From the NCBI GenBank assembly GCA_951406725.2, contig OX597837.1, forward strand, positions 15,252,001 through 15,316,000: a stretch of 64,000 nucleotides of DNA, in the 5' to 3' direction. Made by a program: the position numbers and the translations under genes. The DNA is from Octopus vulgaris (taxonomy: Eukaryota). Below are positions 42,530 through 52,960 of the stretch, piece after piece (within the stretch, counting starts at the first letter, position 1; every line of letters begins with the position of its first letter). The notes under the pieces are model-generated. The model saw only the letters and a program-made list of their open reading frames with translations, did not search any database and had not been told where the DNA came from.

Positions 42530-43032
42530 ATGAAGGTATCGTTTAGTATAGGACGGTGCTACCGTTGTGCGGCCCCTGGCGGCCCTGGAGTCAGTGGTAG
42601 TAGCGGTGTCGGTATCAGCCCGGGTGGACCCTATCTGCTGTGTGTGGTGACAGCGGTGGTACTGTGTCTGCTGGTTACCATAGTAACGTCTACAGGTGAC
42701 ACCGGCCAGCAAAGAACTCGTTCGAACGGCGGCGGTAGAGGTTCGAACACTGGGAACGAAAGTAAAAATAGTGGCGGCGGCGGCGGTGGTGGGGGTGGTC
42801 GTGGTGGCCGAGGAGGAGGTGGTGGTGGAGGAGGAGGCGGTGGTGGTGGTGGTAATGACATTATGTTAGATTTGGACAAACTGGCTGAACTCGGTGACAA
42901 GGACAAACTGCTGTCCATGCTGAAAGAAATAGCCAACTCGATCCACAAATGCGGTGTGAGGGAAGTACCTGCGCTGAGACGAAACTTCATCACCAACCGT
43001 ACAGTTACCTGTAATGATGGCTCACCTGCCGG
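42530..43032 (+). CDS. notum: Palmitoleoyl-protein carboxylesterase Notum, first coding exon (gene continues beyond it)
   Basis: The ORF gives a hydrophobic segment (YLLCVVTAVVLCLLVTIV), a Gly tract, then LKEIANSIHKCGVREVPALRRNFITNRTVTCNDGSPAG. This matches the Notum N-terminal block as I recall it (human KSLAQSLYPC...LRLHLLLNTSVTCNDGSPAG, including the N-x-S/T sequon). The frame ends at a canonical phase-2 donor GCCGG|GTAAGT (intron starts 43033); the ORF-track stop is intronic. Confidence 0.92.
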
Positions 43033-43397
43033 GTAAGTAAGTCATTTCCTCATTTATTTTATTGATCTTTTTTTGTTACATTTAATCCTTTGTGTGTCCA
43101 AAGCATTTTCGTAAGTTTTGACAATCTTTCGGTATTAGTAGACGACGTCATTCGCCCACACATGCCAGGCTGAAAAAGACGGTAACTGACGCCGTATACT
43201 AATACCGAAGGAGGTTTGCCTGTGTTTGGCCCTAATCGCCCATACTTCTCTTCAAACACTTTTAATTAGCCCTTCTTTCATACGTTATGAGTGACAAAAA
43301 GCTTTCCTTTCCAAAGTGGAAAGTTACTCCGGTGGTTGAGGAAAACAATAAGAATGTGTAACACAGCCGAGGCCCGAAATAGGTGCTGTGTAACATA

Positions 43398-43595
43398 TGG
43401 AGGCGGGTGGTTTGGTGGTTAGGGGTGCTGGACTCATGATCGGGAGATTCTGGTTTCGATTTCTGGGTCGAGCAACTTCTTTTCACTTTGCTTCAGTTCA
43501 CTCAGCTGGTAAAAATGAGTTACTCTGCGATGGACTGGCGTTCTATCCAGGGGAGGAGTACATACTCCACAAAACCCGGGAAAGCGGCTCTCATG
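43398..43595 (+). mobile_element. Old CORE-type SINE with CTGCGATGGACTGGCG..TCCAGGGG 3' domain
   Basis: tRNA-like head, partial CORE (TTCACTCAGCTGGTAAAAATG), then a block typical of several invertebrate SINE2 families. Confidence 0.65.
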
Positions 43596-43761
43596 AATTT
43601 ATATGACCCGAATAAGGAGCTTTTTAACACGTATGGTATACAGGACGGATAAAGGGTTAAGAACACTTTTGAGGTTCCTGGAGAAAAGAGTCGAAAATTA
43701 TTCTAATGCACCCATCCCCCCGCCCCCCCCCCCAAAGGAAAGAAAGAAAAAAGAAAAACCA

Positions 43762-44125
43762 CGTGACTGCGTGGTTAAGGAGCTCGCTTTGCGACCAGTA
43801 CTTTTGGTTTTAGTCTCATGGCACGGCACATTAGGCAAGTGTCTTTCTACTTTAACTCCAGGGTCGACCAATGCCTTGTGAGTGAATAATTTGATAAACG
43901 GAAACTGTGTGGAAGCTCGGAATATATATATGATGTGTGTGTTTGTGTTTGAGTCTCCACCGTTTCACTGGTTTGTTTACGTCTCCATAACTTAACGGTT
44001 CGACAAAAGAGATATATTCAGAGCAAGTGCCAAGATTAAAGAATTAGTCCTGGAAGTCGATTTGTTCGAAGCAGTGCCCCAGCATGGCCGCGGTCCAATG
44101 ACTGAAACAAGTAAAAGTTAAAAGA
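43762..44125 (+). mobile_element. SINE family B
   Basis: Diverged full-length copy ending GACTGAAACAAGTAAAAG. Confidence 0.8.
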
Positions 44126-44206
44126 TTTTTGTTTTAAACGTCTGGAAATTAAAATTCGTCAAAAATATGCGGAAAATCTAGGAAAAGGAGGTTGACGCAA
44201 CCATGC

Positions 44207-44364
44207 TGCGGCCATGCTGGGGCACCACCTTGAAGGGTTTTAGTTGAACCAATTGACCCCTGTACTTACTTTTTTTTAAAATCAGGTACTTAGTCTAATG
44301 GTCCCTTTTGCCAGGCCACTTACGTTACAGGGATGTAAACATACCAATACTGGTTGTCAAGCGG
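44207..44364 (-). mobile_element. SINE family B, 3' half
   Basis: GCGGCCATGCTGGGGCACCACC...GGTTGTCAAGCGG. Confidence 0.75.
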
Positions 44365-44381
44365 GACAAACATAAGCACAA

Positions 44382-44475
<94 letters not shown>

Positions 44476-46640
44476 ACACACACACACGTAATTAAATCAT
44501 TTACTTCTCAAGACTTCGGCGGAATTTGAGAAAGAGAGGGGGGAAGAGAGAGAGAGAGAGAGAAAGAGAAAGGGAGAGAGAGAGAGAGAGAAAGTGAGAG
44601 AGAAAGAGAAAGCGAGAGAGAGAGTAAGAGAGAGATTACTGTGTCCAGCAGGGAGAGCTGTGACGTAGCGGCAGCTTTGTTGTTGTGCGCCTGTCATGTG
44701 TGGAATCCTAGATACACCGTGCCAATAGCTCTGTTCGATCACAGCCGAAATTTCATTAATCGACCGATTTATTAATTTGATCAGAGAAGCAATCTCGTGA
44801 ATCCCTCTCTCTTTGATCTCGGCCGTTATGTCTCGTGCCCTCTGTGAACACCTTTACACCTCTCACCTGCTTCTCTTTCCAGGTGCATCGTCGTTTCTCT
44901 GTTGATCTTCCCCCCTCAGTCGTATGTCTTTAATCCCAACAGCTTCTTTCCTCGAATTGCTGCTCTCCGGAACTCACTGCCACCACCTTGTTTTCCTTTC
45001 GTCTGCGATAATTTAATTCTTTAATTGTTCTGTCAATCGACATCTTTTTTAATTTGTAGATCCTTACTTTTCCATTTTTAAAAAAAATAATCCTCTTCGC
45101 TTCTGTGGCCCCAGACCTTGTTTGGGGCAAAAACGTATTTTTAAGAAATCGCTTGGTGTGTTCGATCATAGCGCGAGTGTCATCGATCAGTCGTGTAAAC
45201 TCGATCATGGTTGCAAGATCACCGATCAATCATTAAGTTTGTTCGATCAAAGCTGCGATGTCACTGTTCCGCCAACAGGTATTAACCATATTCTAGCCTT
45301 AATCGAATTATCGATTAAGGCTAGAATGGTCAATCGATGGTCAATCAAAAGGTTATATCGATCATTGCCTCCCGTCCCCCATCTTTTTTACGGGATTGGT
45401 CCACAAGAAAGCGCAGTCCTCGCAGCGTTCACAGACTGTCCAAAGATGGTAAGATTTGATGCCGTTAATGCTTCTCTTGAACCGCTGCAAGTTGAGGTCA
45501 GCAAGAAAACAAAAAAACATTGGCAGGGAAGGAATGCCAGAGTGGCGGGGGGGATGTTCTAGAGAGGAAGAACAAGAAGTATGGACGGTGAGAGGAGGAA
45601 GGTCTATGTAGGGACGGTAGGGTCCCGTGTAATCGGAAAGACACGTATGTTCCCAGTTCCATTTCCTCTGTCTCTTGAATTTAATAAACCTGATCGTTCA
45701 TTGATGGTTTAGTGCGTGGGATGAATAAATATTTACACTGCGTTTCTTTTATGGCAAATATGCCAGGGAGATATTCTTCTTTTTGTATTACTATAGAGCG
45801 AAAGGTAAGTTTGTGTAAATGTAGTTTCTTCACGTATTGGTCTTCAGTCTTCAGCTGGTATCAGATTTCGGTCTCTTTCCCCCTCACCCCCACCCCTCTC
45901 TCTCTCTCTTTTAACAGACAAGTGTTCTGAAGAGGGAGCGAAGAACAGAAAGTTTAAGGTTCGGCTAAGTCACATGTATTATGTATATACAAGTATATAC
46001 ATCAGTGTGTGTGTTGTACAATATATTCATAAATATATAAACACATACTGATATACTTAAGAACTGAGTGTGGCGTAATTATGAATGTGTGTGAATAAAC
46101 ACATCATATGTGTGTGTATACATACATAGGTACGCACACGCGCGCGCACATACACACATACACACATACATACATACAAACATACATACCCTATTGTTGA
46201 TGTTGAAATTCCAATAAAGGAGCTTTGGATCTAGGATAGAAACCAGTTCTTTCTCTACTGGCAAGAAATCTTGAAATAAACTGATTAATGACATACATAT
46301 TACTATTTCAAGCGCTCAGGTGTGTCTGTCATCCGAGGCAAATACACATTTACACATACACACACGCGAGAGGGCGGGGAGTTTGTGTTTTAGGCATCAG
46401 TTAAGAAACACGACTGTGTTCTCGTTTCATCTTTTTTTATTAAGGTGTCTCTCCTGCTCGATTTTCGCAAGAGTTCTGTGCCACTTGGTTAGAAGTGCAA
46501 AACTTTTCTAAATCCATTATTAACATTGAAATTTAATTATAAGTACGAAACCTTACAAGATCTCAAATATTAAAAATAAAAAATATAAAACGTTTTAAAC
46601 ATAATTGATAAATCTCAAAACTTACTCTGAGGTAAATGTA

Positions 46641-47228
46641 GCCACAAGGGGCTAAATACAGAGAGGACAAACAAGGACAGACAAACGGATTAAGTCGATT
46701 ACATCAACCCCAGTGCGTAACTGGTACTTATTTAATCGACCCCGAAAAGATGAAAGGCAAAGTCGACCTCGGCGGAATTTGAACTCAGAACGTAACGGCA
46801 GACGAAATACCTATTTCTTTACTACCCACAAGTGGCTTAAACTCAGAGAGGACAAACAAGGACAGACAAACGGATTAAGTCGATTACATCAACCCCAGTG
46901 TGTAACTGGTACTTATTTAATCGACCCCGAAAAGATGAAAGGCAAAGTCGACCTCGGCGGAATTTGAACTCAGAACGTAACGGCAGACGAAATACCTATT
47001 TCTTTACTACCCACAAGTGGCTTAAACACAGAGGGGACAAACAAGGACAGACAAACGGATTAAGTCGATTACATCAACCCCAGTGCGTAACTGGTACTTA
47101 TTTAATCGACCCCGAAAAGATGAAAGGCAAAGTCGACGTCGGCGGAATTTGAACTCAGAACGTAACAGCAGACGAAATACCGCTCGACATTTCGCCCGGT
47201 GTGCTAATGTTTCTACCAGCTCGCCCCC
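46641..47228 (-). mobile_element. SINE family A with three tandem 185-bp 3' units
   Basis: Equivalent positions at 46713, 46898 and 47083 (period 185); a single 5' head at ~47228. Confidence 0.92.
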
Positions 47229-48249
47229 TTGGAGCAAGGTTTTCTTAAACCTCCGAAATGAATCCCCGATACGTTGACGCGGTACTTCTTGTCGCGTGAC
47301 GTCAGACTATTTGCTTAAAAGTATGGCATTAATTTCCGGTACCCCTAATATTATTTGCGAAAGAAAAACGCCAACGTAGGAGGGAGATTCTAAGGAATTG
47401 GCTGCCAAATATCCCTCAGTTCACGTTCTGTTGCCTAAATAAGAGAAATGATACTTGGATGCCTTATTCTAGGAGTCGAAACAAAAAGCAGAATTATCAC
47501 AACTGAAATTATTTTGAAGGTTGTTCTGATGTATATCACAAACTGTTCAGTCGTGCATTTCTCGGGCCCTCGCTTTCGACTTTCCTTCAACCTCGGGTTC
47601 ATTCTTTCCCCACCTTTCGCTCCGCTTTTCTATTCAAGCCCTATAGGACATCCTTTTCCATTAGCGTTGCTTCCATACATCGCAACGCTGCTTCAGAGCC
47701 GTTCTGCCTTTGTTTCGTTTGTATATTTATATTCCTACCCACCACCTGTGTCGTGTTTGTTTTTATCACCGTCTTCAACGCTCGCTCATTATTTCCAGCA
47801 GCTTTTTGCTGTTGACGCCACCAAGAAAGAACAATATCATCGTTAACGGCGTGAAATTGTCATGAGTTTTGGGCGATAAGTCATTGCATTGATATTTAAC
47901 TGGAAATTAGTAAATTATAGCCTTAATTACCTGTGCTCTCCCAGATTTAGTTCGCTTAAAATTCAGACCCTCAATGCTCAAAATAATTTCAGGTGTTTAT
48001 CGACCCCTTCGATAGTCCCATAGACCTCCAGGCGTCAATATTGTCCACTTTGCCCACACCTGTTTTAAAAGGTTTGGCTGTGTGATTCGAGTGAATTTGC
48101 TTGTTGCTTCTAGTAAATCAACGGTCGCACAGAGGGTTTCTCTGTTGGAAATAGTCCTACACATCTGAGCGTCAATGTGTGTGTATACGACTCTATATAA
48201 TTGTGTGTGTGTGTGTGTATGTGTATATATGTGTGTGTGTGCGTGCGTG

Positions 48250-48306
<57 letters not shown>

Positions 48307-48466
48307 ATATATGTGTGTGTGTGTGTACACGAATTTGTTTATCTGTAATTTTGTGTATGTAAACGAAAGAGTGAAGAAGGAATGTTTGCGTGGCCGAGGG
48401 AAATTTTTATTTTGATTACATTAAAAAAAAAATCTATGTAAAGAATTGTGTGTGTGTGTGTGTGTA

Positions 48467-48507
<41 letters not shown>

Positions 48508-48728
48508 GAAGGGGTGGAAAATGAAGTTTGAATGAGGAAGAGAAATGAAGGTGTTAAGGGGAAAAAATAAAGAAAACGTAAAGGTTTGGAAGGGGGAGAG
48601 GGAAGGAGGGAGAGCAAGGGGGTGGGCGATGGTGGATGGAGTCGGGGAGAAGGAATAAATATAAATATATGTTAATGGAGAGAATAATAAAGCTAAACGG
48701 ACCGACAGAGAGAGAGATGGGAAATGAA

Positions 48729-48765
<37 letters not shown>

Positions 48766-48780
48766 TAGGAAGAGAGAGAA

Positions 48781-48831
<51 letters not shown>

Positions 48832-49246
48832 AAGAGAGAGAAAGAGATGGGAGATGAGAGATGGAAACAAAATAATTGAGAGAGAGAGAGAGAGAGAAAG
48901 AGGGGGAAGAGAGAGAGATGGAACTAGAGCAATAGATAGATAGATAGTGTGATTATCGATCGAATAAGGGATTAGAAGGTGGTGGTGGTGGTGGTGGGTG
49001 GGGGTGTTATTAGAGCGGATTCCCTTGTGTCGGCTTTTCATCTAAAGCCGAGATCAATCACCTCTGAATTTGCTTTTCATCTGACGACGCTTCCTTAAAA
49101 AACAATGGCAGCGACGATTAAAGCGTGTCTTTTAGCCCCGAGGAATGTCGGGGTTTTAAGTTGGAGAGATGACCCCTTGGTACCAAAACTGCTCATACCT
49201 GCAATCCTCTCGGTATTTTTCGTACCTTTGATATGTTTTGTGTGTT

Positions 49247-49318
<72 letters not shown>

Positions 49319-49531
49319 ACGTGCCTGTGTATACTTATATCTGTGTACTTTGTTGATTTCGGTATTTTGGCTGAGATCCATCAAAATATCTGGCATTTTT
49401 CAATCTCCTTTTGTCATTCTTTTACTCACAGTTCATTCTTCATTCTGTTGTTTCTCCTTTTGCCGCTTTATATCTTAAAATTTATTTTGCTGCGATGTAC
49501 GGAATGCGGACATAAAAGCGATGGAAGACGG

Positions 49532-49566
<35 letters not shown>

Positions 49567-50141
49567 GCCCTGATGCAGTACCAGGCAGTGGCTCTCATGG
49601 CTTCTGATCTTAACTGATTGGAAGTGTTATCATGTACATTGTTTTGTCTTGGTATAAAAGATGGGCTACAGTAAATATTCTGCTCAATACCACAGATTTG
49701 CTTGTCAGTTGTTTGACCTTAACCAGTTGAGCATGTCCCTTAGTGGCTGACGATATGTGCATCTCTGATCACGAGCAGAAGTAGTGGGGGAGCATCATAG
49801 CCATGTGTTGAGAAGGATTCTTTGGGGTTTGAATAATTCACCTCTGGAAACATGGGTGTTTCGTTCAACATCCTTAAACAACCCTTATTCAGGGACCTTT
49901 TGAGCGGGATGGGTTACTCGACCAGAACAAAATTCTAACTGGGCCCCACCTGCAAGGTCATGTGCTGTTTATCTTGATATGAGATCACCATGTCGCGCAC
50001 ATATGGTTGTGATGCATGTGCCTGGTGTACCCTTATCAGACGGGTAGTCATGATGGGTATACTGGGCTTCGTATATTTTACCCCAGTGTCACTTTGATGG
50101 CATGCTCTGCTCGCTCACTCAATAATAATAATAATAATAAT
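49567..50141 (+). mobile_element. ~550-bp retroposon/LINE 3' end with (AAT)n tail, inserted in an (AAT)n tract
   Basis: (AAT)n on both sides (49533-49566, 50121-50141); a truncated sister copy at 10405-10581 shares the 3' end. Confidence 0.75.
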
Positions 50142-50439
50142 ATATATTCTTCTATCGTTTCCTTTCTTTTTCTTTTTCTTTTTTCCTCCAAATCCCAGAG
50201 TCAGAGGTATTTCGTTCCATCATCTCAACCCATATCCTTCCCACTAAAAATAATTATACTCTCAGGTTATTGAACTCAATAATCTCATCGATAGTTTATC
50301 TTTATTCTTCTTTATTTCCATTATGTGCCATCGCCACCCGCTGTCCGTCCTTGGGTGGTTCCACAAACAAATCAGCTCTTTTCGATGAGCTTCGGTTGCC
50401 TGTCTCTCACTCAAATCTTTTTTTTTTTTATCTCTAGAG

Positions 50440-50659
50440 CAGTGCTTTTCAAACTTTTTGCTGGAGCGGAACCCCAAGGAAACATTCCACTGGCTCGAGG
50501 AACCCCTGTGCAATAATTTAATTAGTCTTATGCACACATATCTGCACAGGAGAATTAAAAATTACTGCCGATTTTAGCAGTTTTGTAACTTCTTGCGGAA
50601 CCCCTGCACTGTGCTAGCGGAACCCCAAGGTTCCGCGGAACCCTGGTTGAAAACCACTG
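50440..50659. mobile_element. Young hAT/Charlie-type MITE (220 bp)
   Basis: TIR CAGTGCTTTTCAA / TTGAAAACCACTG, perfect 8-bp TSD CTCTAGAG (50432-50439, 50660-50667) and repeated subterminal GGAACCCC motifs. Confidence 0.93.
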
Positions 50660-50736
50660 CTCTAGAGATAAACTGTTGCTTGTTCCTCTGAACCAGCAAC
50701 GGTTGCATTGCCGTAGTAGCACCACCGGCGTGGAGA

Positions 50737-50979
50737 ACTTGGTTCTCTACCATCTCTTTTTTTCGTCTGTGGACCCATTGATTTCTGTTTTACTCAGGTG
50801 GCCCTTCATCGCCATTTGATGTTTAAAAACCTCTATTATATTTTTATAATTGAATATTGTTAGGAATTTTATAAAAAATGTTAAAATATTTTGTATATTG
50901 TATATTGAAGTATAACCGATTTAATGCACATCTTATATGGACCCCCAAGGGTCATGTGGACCCCGGCTGAGAACCACGG
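50737..50979. mobile_element. hAT/Charlie-like MITE, same family as 33638-34281, opposite orientation
   Basis: Decayed TIRs TGGTTCTCTACC / GGCTGAGAACCA, GGACCCC motifs and a shared AT-rich core. Confidence 0.7.
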
Positions 50980-51928
50980 GCCTAGTCAGAACCTTAATAA
51001 TTTATTATAGTACCATCTGGTGTCACAAAGCACAGTGAGTAGTGAAGGCTGTTTTCGTTGACATGGGTATTAGACACCTTACTGTTACACACAGACACAC
51101 AGACATTCCCGACCAATTCTCGTTCTCGTGTCCAACTCCGTCCCCGGGCCCCATCGCATTAATCACTTTACCCAGTCCTTTCTTCCCAGAACGTGGGTCC
51201 TCTAGAATTCCTGCCCCCACCCCGTCCATTGCTGGTGTCTTTCTTGCAGATGTCTTGTGAAGGTTGAACAAGGATGATAATGGAATAATGGCTTCCATCG
51301 CAACAGTTTGAGAGGCCATACGAAGGCCATAACCACTTCCCTTTCCTCCACACCTAGGAAGCCAAAAGAGAGAGGGAAAAAAACAAAGATCAAAAACAAG
51401 CAAAGCCCCAGCACAGTTGGGCTCCTTGGTTAATATATGCAAAACATTCCAATAGCATCACTGTACTTCAAAACCCATTCAACGTGGGACGAGGTTTTCA
51501 TTCATGTGTGTATTAAACAACGACCACACATACTCACTCACATACAGACATATTCTGAGAGAAAGAAAGAGAGAGAGAGAGAAAGAGAGTGAGAAGACTG
51601 ATTGGAGAAGGAGGATGTCCTCAGACGATAGCTCTGGGGTCTCCAGGAAAGATGACGAAGAATTGTGGAGGTTAGATTTGTAGCTAATTTCAACTTTTCT
51701 TTAAATGCGTATCGTTCCAGAATAGAGAGATCCACTTCATACAATGTTTTCAAGCGAATCTGTACAACACTTCATTGGTTATAACTCAGCTTGTTTGTTT
51801 GGTTTATGTGGAGAAAACAAACTCCTCGGTAAAAAGAAAAACGTAAAACAAGTACTCAGTCGTGTATTGAGTGCATCGTGTCAAAGTGGAAAATCGTCCC
51901 ACCCACCATATATATATATGTATGTATG

Positions 51929-52047
<119 letters not shown>

Positions 52048-52125
52048 GTATGTATGTATGTATAAGCCATTTAAGAGTCGATAAATCAGGAAAAAATGCA
52101 CTCTTGTATCTGTCAGTAGAGTAGG

Positions 52126-52341
52126 TATATTAATCAAAGTGTACAGTATTATATATCCATTACGGTCGATCTTACCGATCAGTTGCAACAGTGTTAATCA
52201 TATTTCATTCTATAACAGCAACCTCTGATGAGAGCAGGGTTACATAATCGGACTGTTACCTTGCACTCTGTTGAACCCCTAGTGCGAAACCGATTGGGAA
52301 GATCGGCCATAATGGATATATAATACAATATACTTCAATTA

Positions 52342-52346
<5 letters not shown>
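52126..52346 (+). other. Foldback element with a hammerhead-ribozyme-like core between 57-bp inverted arms
   Basis: Arms 52126-52182 and 52290-52346 align ungapped (47/57 complementary by hand count); CTGATGA at 52225-52231 and GAAA at 52286-52289. Confidence 0.6.
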
Positions 52347-52431
<85 letters not shown>

Positions 52432-52529
52432 ATGTAAACCTACGCAGTAGAAATACGAATGTGGCAAATTTAATTTCTCCGTTGACGGAAAAATGGATTC
52501 ATACATACATACATATGTGTGTGTGTGTA

Positions 52530-52960
52530 GGCATAAGCGTAGGTGTATGGTAAGAAGTTTCCTTCTCAACCACATAGTCCCGGGTTCTGTTCCATTGCGT
52601 GGCACCCTGGCTGCATGTCTTCTACTATAGCCTCTTATGAGTGGATTTGATAGAAAGAAACTGAGAAAACCTCGTCGTATGCATGTATGTATGTACATAT
52701 CTATGCATGTATATATACACACACCAAGGTGTGTGTATATCTTTGTTTCTGTGTTTGTCCTCACCAACTCTTGACAACCGGTGTTGGTGTGTTTACATCC
52801 GAGTAACTTAGCAGTTCGGCAAAATATTCGATAGCATAAGTACTAGGCTTAAAAAATAAAAAAAAAGTCCTGATATCGAGTCGTTTGACTGATGATTCCT
52901 CAAGGTGGTGCCCCAGCATGGCCGCAGTCTAAAGACTGAAACAAGCAAAAGATAAAAGAT
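52530..52960 (+). mobile_element. SINE family B
   Basis: Full head-to-tail similarity to 37158-37550. Confidence 0.85.

Noticed and set aside
43033-43036. Notum as a complete 168-aa protein or truncated pseudogene
   Set aside because: The TAA lies within the GTAAGT splice donor.
45162-45250. TCGATCA array as a CRISPR array
   Set aside because: A 7-bp repeat with 11-14 bp spacers is far too short; kept only as a motif array.
46713-47277. Three near-identical 64-84 aa ORFs (MRNWYLFNRPRK...)
   Set aside because: Antisense translations of the tandem SINE units.
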